DNA of 64,000 nucleotides from Ferruginibacter sp. (GTDB lineage Bacteria; Bacteroidota; Bacteroidia; Chitinophagales; Chitinophagaceae): NCBI GenBank assembly GCA_035485735.1, contig DATHNS010000015.1, positions 38,881 to 102,880 of the forward strand, read 5' to 3'. Shown piece by piece: positions 10,162 to 19,895 of this stretch (position 1 is its first letter; each line of letters starts with the position of its first letter). The notes under the pieces were generated by a model. It saw only the letters and a program-made list of their open reading frames with translations, ran no database searches and was not told where the DNA came from. The position numbers and the translations under genes were made by a program.

Positions 10162-10692
10162 ATGCGAAAATTAACCATGGATGAGCTAAACCGCAAGTCG
10201 GTGGATGAGTTTAAACGGTCAGAAAAGATACCGGTAATAGTGGTGATGGACAATATCCGCAGCATGCACAATGTTGGCAGCGTTTTTCGTACGGCAGATG
10301 CTTTTTTATTAGAAGCTATTTATTTATGCGGTTATACGGCCCAGCCACCCCACAGGGATATTAATAAAACAGCTTTAGGCGCCACAGAAACCGTAAGCTG
10401 GAAACATTTCGAAACAACAGTTGAAGCTGTTACAGCATTACAGCAAAACGGCTATAAAGTATACGCTATTGAACAAGTAGAAAGCAGCATCTCTTTAGAA
10501 AACTTTAGCATACGTGCCGATGAAAAAACTGCGGTTGTTTTCGGCAACGAAGTAGAAGGCGTTCAACAGGAAGTGATTGCATTGTGCGATGGCTGTATAG
10601 AAATACCTCAATTAGGTATGAAACATTCTTTAAATATCTCGGTAGCAGCAGGAATTGTTTTGTGGGAGATCGTTAGAAATAAAATTAATTAG
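10162..10692 (+). CDS. SpoU/TrmH-family RNA methyltransferase
   Basis: DNIRSMHNVGSVFRTADAF, VFGNEVEGV, IEIPQLGMKHSLNISVAAG. Confidence 0.9.
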   Translation: MRKLTMDELNRKSVDEFKRSEKIPVIVVMDNIRSMHNVGSVFRTADAFLLEAIYLCGYTAQPPHRDINKTALGATETVSWKHFETTVEAVTALQQNGYKVYAIEQVESSISLENFSIRADEKTAVVFGNEVEGVQQEVIALCDGCIEIPQLGMKHSLNISVAAGIVLWEIVRNKIN

Positions 10693-10702
10693 CATTTATA
10701 AA

Positions 10703-10783
10703 ATTTCACGCAAAGGCGCAAAGATATTTAAGTCGCTAAGGTGATCTTTGCTACTTTGCTTCTTATATTACTTTGCGTGAAAT
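10703..10783. repeat. REP/MITE-like palindrome with octamer GCAAAG units
   Basis: Perfect 13-bp terminal IR ATTTCACGCAAAG / CTTTGCGTGAAAT; inner GCGCAAAG, CTTTGCTA, CTTTGCTT. Confidence 0.85.
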
Positions 10784-10831
10784 GCTTAGAAAAAAGAATT
10801 GAACATTAATTAAATTGCTTAAAATTATATC

Positions 10832-11713
10832 ATGGCAGCAACTACTATAAAAAATTATTTATCGCTTGTAAAGTTTAGTCATACCATTTTTGCATTACCC
10901 TTTGCAATGATCGGGTTTTTCTTAGGTAGGTTTTCTTTAACCGCCCCTCAATCGCTCAACGAATTAATAATAAAATTTGTTTTGGTATTGATCTGCATGG
11001 TAACGGCACGCAGTGCGGCGATGGCATTCAACCGCTGGTTAGATGCGAAATATGATGCATTGAATCCGCGCACAGCGATCAGAGAAATTCCTGCAGGAAT
11101 CATCACAAGCAAAAATGCATTATTGTTTACAATTGGATCTTCGATACTTTTTATAGTGACATGTTTTTTTATCAATCCATTGTGCATGGCTTTATCACCC
11201 GTTGCTTTGTTTGTTATTTTATTTTATAGCTATACAAAACGTTTCACATCGTTGTGCCATTTGGTATTGGGTGTTGGTTTGAGCCTGGCTCCTATTGGTG
11301 CCTATATTGCTGTAACGGGGCACTTTGATCTGTTGCCCGTGTTATTTTCTTTTACCGTTCTATTTTGGGTAAGTGGTTTTGATATTATTTATGCGTTGCA
11401 AGATGAAGCTTTTGATAAAGAACATCAACTGCATTCTATACCTGCTGCAGTAGGCAAAGCAAATGCTCTGAGAGTATCTGAGTTATTGCATTTATTGGCT
11501 GCTGCCTGCGTTGTATTTGCAGGTATACATGGCCATTTTAGCTGGGCCTATTGGTTAGGTGTTACTGTATTTATTGGCATGCTTATCTATCAGCATTCTA
11601 TTGTAAAACCGACCGATCTCAGGAAAGTTAATCTGGCATTTATGACAGCCAATGGAATAGCCTCAGTTGTATTTGCGGTATTTGTTTTACTAGATATTTT
11701 CATCAACCGTTAA
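10832..11713 (+). CDS. UbiA-family polyprenyltransferase, MqnP-like
   Basis: LVKFSHTIFALPFA, ARSAAMAFNRWLDAKYDALNPRTAIREIP, YSYTKRF, GFDIIYALQD. Confidence 0.85.
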   Translation: MAATTIKNYLSLVKFSHTIFALPFAMIGFFLGRFSLTAPQSLNELIIKFVLVLICMVTARSAAMAFNRWLDAKYDALNPRTAIREIPAGIITSKNALLFTIGSSILFIVTCFFINPLCMALSPVALFVILFYSYTKRFTSLCHLVLGVGLSLAPIGAYIAVTGHFDLLPVLFSFTVLFWVSGFDIIYALQDEAFDKEHQLHSIPAAVGKANALRVSELLHLLAAACVVFAGIHGHFSWAYWLGVTVFIGMLIYQHSIVKPTDLRKVNLAFMTANGIASVVFAVFVLLDIFINR

Positions 11714-11715
11714 TC

Positions 11716-12135
11716 ATGCCGAGAATAATAGCCATTGATTACGGAGGAAAAAGAACAGGCATTGCTGTAACAGATCCGTTACAAATTATTGCTACCGGTT
11801 TACTCACGATCGATTCAAAAGAGCTGATACCCTTCTTAAAAAAATATTTATCCGAAGAAACAGTAGAGCTCATCATTATAGGTTTACCCAAGAACTGGGA
11901 TGAAAGCGATACGCATGGTACTCCTCTCGTTGAAGCTGCTATCAAAAAGATACAAAAAGAATTTCCCACAATACCTCTTAAAACAGTGGATGAACGCTAC
12001 ACTTCTAAAATGGCAAAAGATGCTATGCTGGAAATGGGCATGAAGAAAAAAGACCGTCGCGTTAAAGGTAATGTAGACGTCATTGCAGCCACTATTATAC
12101 TGCAAGAATACATGAGAAGCACCTCAAACTTCTAA
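11716..12135 (+). CDS. ruvX: YqgF/RuvX RNase-H-fold nuclease
   Basis: IIAIDYGGKRTGIAVTDP, IIIGLPK, VDERYTS, DVIAATIILQ. Confidence 0.95.
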   Translation: MPRIIAIDYGGKRTGIAVTDPLQIIATGLLTIDSKELIPFLKKYLSEETVELIIIGLPKNWDESDTHGTPLVEAAIKKIQKEFPTIPLKTVDERYTSKMAKDAMLEMGMKKKDRRVKGNVDVIAATIILQEYMRSTSNF

Positions 12136-12182
12136 AGGAAATCTCCCGCTGTTTTCATAAATTTGCCAATTATTTTATTTTT

Positions 12183-12761
12183 ATGATTCTTCCAATAGTA
12201 GCGTACGGTGCACCGGTTTTACGAAAAGCTTGCAAAGATATCTCAGCTGATTATCCTGATCTGCAAAAATTGATCGCTGATATGTGGGATACCATGTACA
12301 ACAGCAATGGCGTAGGTATTGCCGCACCGCAGATCAATAAGGATATCCGTTTATTTGTAATGGACAGCATACAGATATTCAATAATATGGAAGACGGCGA
12401 AGAAAAAGAATACCCGGGAGACACAGGATTCAAAGGCGTTTTCATCAATGCGCATATTACTAAATTAGAAGGCGATGAATGGGCGTACAACGAAGGCTGC
12501 TTAAGCATTCCTAAGATACGCGAAGATGTTTATAGAAGCGAGCAGGTTACCTTATCTTATGTAGATGAAAATTTTCAGCCCTTTACCAAAACATTCAAAG
12601 GCATAACAGCCCGGGTGATCTTGCACGAATATGACCATATTGAGGGCAAACTATTCATTGATTATTTAAAGCCTTTAAAACGTACACTGATCAAAAGGAA
12701 GCTGGATGACATCTCCAAAGGCAAAGTAAAAGTTGATTATAGAATGATATTTCCAAAATGA
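12183..12761 (+). CDS. def: Peptide deformylase
   Basis: GVGIAAPQI, EGCLSIP, HEYDHIEG. Confidence 0.98.
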   Translation: MILPIVAYGAPVLRKACKDISADYPDLQKLIADMWDTMYNSNGVGIAAPQINKDIRLFVMDSIQIFNNMEDGEEKEYPGDTGFKGVFINAHITKLEGDEWAYNEGCLSIPKIREDVYRSEQVTLSYVDENFQPFTKTFKGITARVILHEYDHIEGKLFIDYLKPLKRTLIKRKLDDISKGKVKVDYRMIFPK

Positions 12762-12765
12762 TTTA

Positions 12766-12852
12766 TAAGTTAAAACCCAAAAGTTGAACAGTTGGTTTCT
12801 GGCCATAGTTTTCTTTTTTACTTTTTGGTTCTAACTTTTAAATTTTGACTTA
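12766..12852. repeat. Heptamer-arm palindrome (AAAGTYA family)
   Basis: TAAGTTA AAACCCA AAAGTTG ... TTACTTT TTGGTTC TAACTTT TAAATTT TGACTTA. Confidence 0.75.
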
Positions 12853-12868
12853 TAACTATATTGCAGGT

Positions 12869-13801
12869 ATGATGAAAAAGATCATACCTGCTTTTTTTTG
12901 TTGTTTTATTTCTGTTAGTATCTATGCGCAACAGGCAAAAGACAGCACTGTTTTTATTGGCAGCAAATCCGTTTTACTATCTGAAGTTGTTATCAATTCC
13001 AAATTAGATATCTCAGCTTTTATCAACAGGGTTAAAAATGATACTACTTTTAATAAAGCATTCCGCAACCTGGATGTGCTTGGCTACACATCATTGAATG
13101 ATATCAGAATGTTGAATAAAAGCGGCGAAACCAAAGCATCACTCTACAGCAAGACCAAACAAATTGAGTTGAATAATTGTCGAAGTACACAAATAATAAA
13201 TGAACAGGCTACCGGTGATTTTTATACCGAAAACCACCAATACAATTATTACACGGCAGAATTATATGCATCACTTTTTTTTGCACAAGGAACTATTTGC
13301 GGAGAAAATAATATTGTTGCCGGAAAAGATATTTCAACAGAAAATGTATCTGGTATAGAAAAACATAAAAAGCAATTGGAAATACTATTCTTCAATCCCG
13401 GTAAAAAGATAAATGGCCTTCCTTTCATTTCCAACAAGACAGCGATCTTCGATGATGATATGTCCGGCAACTATGACATGAGTATTGATATGGGCCAGCG
13501 TAATAATACAAGCTGTTATATCTTTTCAATAAAAGTAAAACCCGATCATAAAGATGATGTAGTGATCGATGAAATGACCACCTGGTTTGATGCTACCACC
13601 TTTGAAGTGTTGGCTAGAAATTATACTTTAAGCTATGATGCAGGTGTATACGATTTTAATGTGCAGATGCAGGTTGAACTAACACATTTCGGAGCATACC
13701 TTGTCCCATCTTTATTACGATACAACGGTGAATGGCGCGTAATTTTTAAAGGGCGTGAACATGGGATTTTTACGGCTACCTTATTTGATTTCAATCAATA
13801 G
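12869..13801 (+). CDS. Hypothetical exported protein
   Basis: Long ORF with signal peptide after MMKK; start moved from 12845 to the ATG at 12869/12872, just after TATATTGC; beta-rich C-terminus. Confidence 0.65.
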   Translation: MMKKIIPAFFCCFISVSIYAQQAKDSTVFIGSKSVLLSEVVINSKLDISAFINRVKNDTTFNKAFRNLDVLGYTSLNDIRMLNKSGETKASLYSKTKQIELNNCRSTQIINEQATGDFYTENHQYNYYTAELYASLFFAQGTICGENNIVAGKDISTENVSGIEKHKKQLEILFFNPGKKINGLPFISNKTAIFDDDMSGNYDMSIDMGQRNNTSCYIFSIKVKPDHKDDVVIDEMTTWFDATTFEVLARNYTLSYDAGVYDFNVQMQVELTHFGAYLVPSLLRYNGEWRVIFKGREHGIFTATLFDFNQ

Positions 13802-13802
13802 A

Positions 13803-16541
13803 TCAACGCAACAACAGCACGGTTCCTTTTACAAGGACTTTACCTCGCGGATCAGAACCGGAGATCACATACACATAATTTCCTGCAGAAGCATTTTGTC
13901 CGTCGATACGCCCGTCCCATCCTTTTGTTCTATCACTGGTCATAAAAACCCGATTACCCCATCTGTCATAGACAGAAAAATTCTCAAGGGTAAATATGAT
14001 ACTCTGTGGAATTCTGAAAATATTATTTTTCCCATCCGGCGCAAATGCATTGGGAATAAATATTTTGTCGTACACCTGAACAATAACATCACTGCTATCT
14101 GTACAATTATTCGTTGTTGTAACGCTTAACTGATATGTAGTACTTACCGATGGATCTGCTATAGGCGATAAGTTTGTCGCATCAATTAAAGAAGCGGTTG
14201 GTGTCCATGAAAAACTTGAAATAGTTCCGATCACAGATGTGTTTATTTGGGCGCTATCGTATTTGGCAATGATTATATTGTTATCGGTAAATGAAATGAC
14301 AGGAAGGCTATACACCACCATCGTAATAACATTGGATGTTACATCAGGGGCCAGATAGCAACCTGTACTGCTGACTGTAACAACACAACTAACCTGATCA
14401 TTGTTGGCCAATGAGTTGGTAGTATACGTAGCAGCATTACTACCGGTTGGCGCACCATTTAGCAGCCATTGATACGTTGGCGAAGCTCCCACATTGGTTG
14501 TTGCCACAGTAAAAGTTACATTCGTACCGGCGCAAAAATTATTCTGTGATACGGTGATATTTGCTGTGGGTGTTGCAGCAGTAATAACCGTCAAAGTGAT
14601 CGTGTTGCTATTGGCAATACTTGTAGTAACGCAGGTATCGCTACTTGTTAGTACGCAACTTACCACATCTCCATTGACCCAATTATTATTTGAATAGGTA
14701 TTGCTATTCGTGCCGACATTGGCCCCGTTTAATTTCCATTGATACGCTGGCGCAGTACCTCCGTTAGTTGGTGTAGCCGTAAAAGTTGCTGTCGCTACCT
14801 GGCAAACAGTTGTAGAGGGAGTCGTAATAACCACAGCCGGTGTAACAGGATCATTAACAACTATGGTTATAGCTGTATCAACAACATTGCTGCATTGGTC
14901 GGTAATGGTCACCCTGTATTTTGTAGTTGCAGCAGGACTTACAACAATACTATCTCCAACCGAGCCATCGCTCCAGTTATAGGTATAAGGAGGCACGCCA
15001 TACCGTGCCCTGGATAATAACGTAGTGGGGCTTCCCTTGCATATTGTCGTGACAGAAGCCGAAATAGCATGGTTGGCTGTAGAATCTATTTCCAACGTGT
15101 GTCCTTCTATCAACACCTGAAATGCCTCCTCTGCCTTAGCATATGAATCGGTACAAAATGCAAGTGCACCACAAGAAGTATTATAAAACAAAAGATGGAC
15201 AGAAGCAATCTGTGTAAAACAAGAAGGCGCAGGAAGGCAAGGTATTAAAGTAGGTAGATCATACCATTGGCCTTCTGTGCTGCCGGTACCAGACTCTGTT
15301 TTATTAGTGCCTGTATCTGCCACACTGATCGGACCTTCAATACAGCTCCCAAGTTTTGTATATATACCCGCATCAGCTACAGGAAGAGGAGATATTGTTA
15401 CGTAACCAAATTGAAAAGCTATCCTGGTCAAAGTAGCTTTTGGCGGCGTTTGCACATTCAATCCATAATCGCACGTTTGCGCAGGATTAGGTGTGCCACA
15501 ACCGGTGTAGGAACCCGTTACATTAATACTGGCAGTACTGATACTATCACTGGCTGAAACCAAAGGGTCAACAATTATATTACCTTCCAGCAATATTTTA
15601 TGTAAGCTTTCCGAATCTATCGATACAGATAAATGATTTTGACCTGTCTTATATACTAAGGATTGATACATTGCAGCAGGATCTTTTTCGGCATACATTA
15701 CTGCTTTCTTGATATGCACTATTGTCTTTTTGTCGACAGAAAGATCAATATCATTCTGTGCTTCTTTCAACAGCAATTTGCCAGGAATATCAGTTGTGTA
15801 CTCATCAGTAAAGATCAATCGCTGATATGCAGGGAATTGATCTTTACTGATAACAAAATTCGTTTCTATGGATCCTTTCTCAACGATCATCTCTGCATTG
15901 ATACCCGGAAAAATATTAGTGATCTTTATGCCATCATCCCCTGCTGATAAATTGGACCAATCCGCTCTTGCCAAAACTGTTTGGCCATCTTTATTCTCTC
16001 CTATCAGTTGCCACTGATTAAAATAAACAGTTCCATGAAAAGTTTTTATGTACGCCGCTTTTTTATTGATATCAAAACCAACAGGCTCCTGCTGGTGGCT
16101 GGCCTCAAATATTCCTTTCGTTTTTGTGGGCATCAAACGTTTATCAATACTGAGCCATTGCCCGTTTTTCTCGTAATTGATAGCATCGCTTGCTTTAATG
16201 ATATAGAATTTGGAGGTTGTATCTGCATCAATAAAATACCTGCTATCGCTTGTACGTTTTGAAATAATTTCAATCGCATTCGGGCCGGGATCATTGGTCG
16301 TTATAAAACCCGCATCAGGATGATCTGTATATGTTTTATTATTCGCCAGCCATTTTTCATTGGGTGTTTTATAGCTAGCCGTAAAAGAAGTAAAATTATT
16401 TTGCCTGACTTTTAATTTCGGGGAGTTGTTATTATTTGTTTTCTGAAGAGCATCTACTACATTTTGTGCAGTTGCAACATTGCTATCAACAAAAAAAAAG
16501 GCCGTAACCAGACAAATAGTCGCTAAGGCATTCTTTTTCAT
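13803..16541 (-). CDS. T9SS type-B CTD (gliding-motility-associated C-terminal domain) surface protein with Ig-like repeats
   Basis: Signal peptide; C..T.TFTA....G..P.YQW..NG repeats; C-terminus IFIPNAF...VYDRWGNRVF...GWDG...G.YVY...G.V.LLR. Confidence 0.88.
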   Translation of the reverse strand: MKKNALATICLVTAFFFVDSNVATAQNVVDALQKTNNNNSPKLKVRQNNFTSFTASYKTPNEKWLANNKTYTDHPDAGFITTNDPGPNAIEIISKRTSDSRYFIDADTTSKFYIIKASDAINYEKNGQWLSIDKRLMPTKTKGIFEASHQQEPVGFDINKKAAYIKTFHGTVYFNQWQLIGENKDGQTVLARADWSNLSAGDDGIKITNIFPGINAEMIVEKGSIETNFVISKDQFPAYQRLIFTDEYTTDIPGKLLLKEAQNDIDLSVDKKTIVHIKKAVMYAEKDPAAMYQSLVYKTGQNHLSVSIDSESLHKILLEGNIIVDPLVSASDSISTASINVTGSYTGCGTPNPAQTCDYGLNVQTPPKATLTRIAFQFGYVTISPLPVADAGIYTKLGSCIEGPISVADTGTNKTESGTGSTEGQWYDLPTLIPCLPAPSCFTQIASVHLLFYNTSCGALAFCTDSYAKAEEAFQVLIEGHTLEIDSTANHAISASVTTICKGSPTTLLSRARYGVPPYTYNWSDGSVGDSIVVSPAATTKYRVTITDQCSNVVDTAITIVVNDPVTPAVVITTPSTTVCQVATATFTATPTNGGTAPAYQWKLNGANVGTNSNTYSNNNWVNGDVVSCVLTSSDTCVTTSIANSNTITLTVITAATPTANITVSQNNFCAGTNVTFTVATTNVGASPTYQWLLNGAPTGSNAATYTTNSLANNDQVSCVVTVSSTGCYLAPDVTSNVITMVVYSLPVISFTDNNIIIAKYDSAQINTSVIGTISSFSWTPTASLIDATNLSPIADPSVSTTYQLSVTTTNNCTDSSDVIVQVYDKIFIPNAFAPDGKNNIFRIPQSIIFTLENFSVYDRWGNRVFMTSDRTKGWDGRIDGQNASAGNYVYVISGSDPRGKVLVKGTVLLLR

Positions 16542-16663
16542 TTTTTACAATTTTGTGTAATTACAAAAATATCTTTTAAAAGGAAATAATTTTCTTAACT
16601 GCAAGTTAAGATTCAATACAATAAAGGCTTTACGAAATATGAAATAGTAACGATGAAGTAAAC

Positions 16664-17386
16664 TTACTCCCACCCATTTGCCAATACGTCTGCGATATGC
16701 ATTGTTTTCAACGGGAGGTTTTTATTTTTAATGTATCCATCAATGTGCATCAGGCAGCTAAGGTCTGTAGAAATGATATATTCTGCACCAGTGGCCAGTG
16801 CATTGGTAACCTTTTGATCGGCCATACCGATCGAAATGGCATCGAATTTTACAGAAAATGTTCCACCAAAACCGCAGCAGGTTTCTACATCATTCATTTC
16901 AACCAGCTCCAACCCTTTTACCCAGCTTAATAATTTACGGGGAGCTTCTTTAATTTTACATTCTCTCAGCGCCGCGCAGCTGTCATGATAAGTAGCTTTC
17001 ACATTGAGTTCTGCCCCATAATTTTCTATCTTCAGCACATCAGTCAAAAATTCGGAGAATTCGTAAATATTCTTACTTAGGTTTTTTATTCGGGTATCGT
17101 CGGGAGATTCTTCTAATAATTTTACATAATAATTCCTTACAAAACCAACGCAGCTGGCACTTGGCGCAACAATATAATCAGCTCCTTCAAAATCTTTTAC
17201 GAATTTATTACACACGGCTTTGGCCTCTTCCCAAAAACCCGCGTTAAAGGCTGGTTGTCCGCAACAGGTTTGATTGGTATTATAATACACATCGCAGCAG
17301 GCTTTTTCCAAAACCTTGACCATATTAAAAGCTGTTTGCGGATAAAGCTGGTCTACAAAACATGGTATAAATAAATGAACCTTCAT
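16664..17386 (-). CDS. Fe-S-binding CCG-domain protein, LutA/YkgE-like
   Basis: LFIPCFVDQ, QTCCGQPAFNAG, TYHDSC, ETCCGFGGTFSVK, SCLMHI. Confidence 0.9.
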   Translation of the reverse strand: MKVHLFIPCFVDQLYPQTAFNMVKVLEKACCDVYYNTNQTCCGQPAFNAGFWEEAKAVCNKFVKDFEGADYIVAPSASCVGFVRNYYVKLLEESPDDTRIKNLSKNIYEFSEFLTDVLKIENYGAELNVKATYHDSCAALRECKIKEAPRKLLSWVKGLELVEMNDVETCCGFGGTFSVKFDAISIGMADQKVTNALATGAEYIISTDLSCLMHIDGYIKNKNLPLKTMHIADVLANGWE

Positions 17387-17398
17387 GTGTAAAAGATA

Positions 17399-17426
17399 TA
17401 AGTTCTGAGTTGTAAGTTTTAAGTTA
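17399..17426. repeat. Heptamer tandem array
   Basis: TAAGTTC TGAGTTG TAAGTTT TAAGTTA. Confidence 0.6.
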
Positions 17427-17464
17427 TGGACAGCTAATTGAATTACTTACAGTCTATAGTAAAC

Positions 17465-17956
17465 TTATGGATGCAGGGACAATTGTATCATCTTTAATGC
17501 AGTGATAGCGGCTTCTTCGCCTTTGTGGCCATTTTTGCCTCCTATCCTGTCTTCTGCCTGTTGCTGATTATCTACGGTCAAAACACCAAAAATTGTCGGT
17601 ACGGGTAATGATAAATTTAAATGTAATACCCCATCAGTAACAGCTTTGCACACATAATCAAAATGAGGGGTATCTCCTTTGATCACACAACCCAACGCAA
17701 TAAATGCATAGGGTTTATCTGCTTTATTTTTATGTGCTTCCCACACTCTTTTGATAGTGAAAGGAATTTCAAAAGCTCCGGGAACAGTAATTGTTTTAGA
17801 CTGTATCTTGTTTTCCCACAATATTTTTCTGCAACCCTCATCTAATTTATTAACAATACCTGCGTTCCATTCGGTACGTATAATAATTACATAGGCATCC
17901 GATGGAAGCTGGATGCCTGAAGTATTATATAGGTTTGATGTTGTTACTAATGACAT
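17465..17956 (-). CDS. ribH: 6,7-dimethyl-8-ribityllumazine synthase
   Basis: EWNAGIV, VPGAFEIP, LGCVIKGDTPHFDYV, FGVLTV, GHKGEEAA. Confidence 0.97.
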   Translation of the reverse strand: MSLVTTSNLYNTSGIQLPSDAYVIIIRTEWNAGIVNKLDEGCRKILWENKIQSKTITVPGAFEIPFTIKRVWEAHKNKADKPYAFIALGCVIKGDTPHFDYVCKAVTDGVLHLNLSLPVPTIFGVLTVDNQQQAEDRIGGKNGHKGEEAAITALKMIQLSLHP

Positions 17957-17966
17957 TTATTTCTAT

Positions 17967-18027
17967 TTTAAATTTTGTATTTTAAATGCTCAATGAAAAA
18001 TTCAACATTTAAAATGTAACATTCAAA
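17967..18027. repeat. Degenerate heptamer-arm palindrome
   Basis: TTTAAAT TTTGTAT TTTAAAT GCTCAAT / ATTCAAC ATTTAAA ATGTAAC ATTCAAA. Confidence 0.55.
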
Positions 18028-18031
18028 ATAA

Positions 18032-18706
18032 TTAATTCAATACACCCAATTGCGCAAGGTATTTATCTACATCTTTTGCATGGGTACTGTTCGGATAATT
18101 ATCTTTTACTTTTTGGAACAATTCGATCGCATCAGACGTTTTACCGGTAGCTTCTGCAAACAGCGCCGCTTTAAAAAATCCTTCAGATGCACTGAAGTCA
18201 TCTTTTTCGTTTACTGTTGCAGCCTTTTTATAAGCTGTAAATGCATCGTCATTGTTATTTAATTCTGCGTAAGCATCTCCAAGCATAGAGTATGCGGCGC
18301 TTTGTATTTGCGTAGCTTTCGTTGAAAAATCTTTCAGCTCTTTAACAGCATTGTTGTAATCCTGTTCATGCAGATAACAAGCGCCAGCAATATAACGGGC
18401 TCTTTCGCCTGCAGGAGTTCCGCTATAAACAGTTGATATCTTTAAAACGCCAGTCAGGCCAGTTGTCCCATTCAATACCAGGTCGATAGAATCTTTATTA
18501 AATCCTGATTGCGTCATCCTATCAAAAAGGCTTTCAGCAGGAAAAATGAGTTCATCGGCCTTAGCCATTTTAGGTTCCTGGATAAAGTTTCTATATCCCA
18601 ACCACAATGCTCCAACTATTATAATTGCTGACCCTATATAAATAACCTGGTTGCTGAATTTAGCCCAAAAATCTTTCGCTTTTTCTATTACTTGTGTTTC
18701 TTCCAT
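18032..18706 (-). CDS. Membrane-anchored TPR protein (YfgM-like)
   Basis: N-terminal TM helix; Y.AG..YL, LGDAYAEL, A..AY.KA TPR patterns; upstream of ribH. Confidence 0.8.
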   Translation of the reverse strand: MEETQVIEKAKDFWAKFSNQVIYIGSAIIIVGALWLGYRNFIQEPKMAKADELIFPAESLFDRMTQSGFNKDSIDLVLNGTTGLTGVLKISTVYSGTPAGERARYIAGACYLHEQDYNNAVKELKDFSTKATQIQSAAYSMLGDAYAELNNNDDAFTAYKKAATVNEKDDFSASEGFFKAALFAEATGKTSDAIELFQKVKDNYPNSTHAKDVDKYLAQLGVLN

Positions 18707-18746
18707 TACGCTGTGTTTATATTTGTTCGTTTAAATAGTGATGGTA

Positions 18747-19739
18747 CTAGTCTACAATAAATGGATAATCCTGCTGTGCATATACATCTTTCAATAATTC
18801 GTCATCAGCCGGCCAAGGACTTTCTTCTGCAAATTTTACGCATTCTTCCACTTCTGTCTTTACTCTTTCGTCGATCGCTGCAATAACGGCATCTGTTACT
18901 TTATGGTCTTTTTTCAAAACAGCCAGCACATGATCGATCGGGTCTCTTTCTTTGTATTCTTCCAATTCTTCCTTGGTACGGTATTTTTGAGGATCACTCA
19001 TGCTGTGCCCTTTGTAACGGTATGTTTTAATTTCCAGTAAAGTCGGACCGCCTTTTTCTCTTGCCCTGTTCACAGCTTTCAATACCGCATCGTGTACATT
19101 TTCAGGACTCATCCCATCAACGCTATCAGCAGGCATTTCATATCCGTCAGCAATCTTATAAATATCCAATACATTGGTAGTACGTGCTACAGATGTACCC
19201 ATTGCGTAGTTATTATTTTCGCAAATAAATACAACCGGTAATTTCCAAAGCATGGCCATATTGAATGTTTCGTGCAACATACCTTGTCTTGCTGCACCAT
19301 CGCCAAAAAAGCAAAGCACTGCATTATTGGTACCTCTGTATCTTTCAGCAAAGGCAAGGCCTGCGCCTGTACCAATTTGTGCGCCTACAATTCCATGGCC
19401 GCCAAAAAAGCCTACATCTACACCAAAAAAGTGCATACTTCCGCCTTTTCCTTTACTGCAACCGGTCGCTTTTCCGTATAATTCGGCCATACAGGATTTA
19501 GCGGAAACACCTTTGGCGACTGCCAAAGCATGATCGCGGTAAGCGGTAATAAATTTATCATCAGGATTTGTAGCCGTCATACAACCGGCAGCAACAGCTT
19601 CCTGTCCTATATACAAGTGACAAAAGCCGCGAATTTTTTGCATTCCATACAATTGGCCGACTTTTTCCTCAAATCTGCGCAATAAAAGCATTAATTCGTA
19701 CCAATAGAGGTATGTTTCTTTAGAAAACTTTGTAGCCAA
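18747..19739 (-). CDS. pdhA: Pyruvate dehydrogenase E1 alpha subunit
   Basis: KIRGFCHLYIGQEA, GKGGSMH, GDGAARQG TPP motif, TYRYKGHSMSDP; start moved to TTG 19739, downstream of a TATCTTTG promoter. Confidence 0.96.
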   Translation of the reverse strand: MATKFSKETYLYWYELMLLLRRFEEKVGQLYGMQKIRGFCHLYIGQEAVAAGCMTATNPDDKFITAYRDHALAVAKGVSAKSCMAELYGKATGCSKGKGGSMHFFGVDVGFFGGHGIVGAQIGTGAGLAFAERYRGTNNAVLCFFGDGAARQGMLHETFNMAMLWKLPVVFICENNNYAMGTSVARTTNVLDIYKIADGYEMPADSVDGMSPENVHDAVLKAVNRAREKGGPTLLEIKTYRYKGHSMSDPQKYRTKEELEEYKERDPIDHVLAVLKKDHKVTDAVIAAIDERVKTEVEECVKFAEESPWPADDELLKDVYAQQDYPFIVD

Positions 19740-19758
19740 TGAGTTAAGTTTTAGGTGG

Positions 19759-19766
19759 CAAAGATA
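19759..19766 (-). promoter_or_regulatory. -7 element for pdhA
   Basis: TATCTTTG 20 nt before the TTG start. Confidence 0.7.
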
Positions 19767-19783
19767 AGAGGAAAATTCAAATG

Positions 19784-19871
19784 AAAAAGGCAAAATTAGA
19801 TATTGAATATTTACTGTATAATATCTACAATTGGCCGCCAATTTTGGGTTCTGGTTTTTAATTTTTGCCTT
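19784..19871. repeat. Degenerate heptamer-arm palindrome between the pdhA and recF promoters
   Basis: AAAGGCAAAATTA ... AATTTTG GGTTCTG GTTTTTA ATTTTTG CCTT. Confidence 0.55.
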
Positions 19872-19895
19872 GGATTTAAAGTAACTTGCGCCATA

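Noticed and set aside
17957-18031. FMN riboswitch before ribH
   Set aside because: Only an AT-rich degenerate repeat; none of the RFN conserved motifs.
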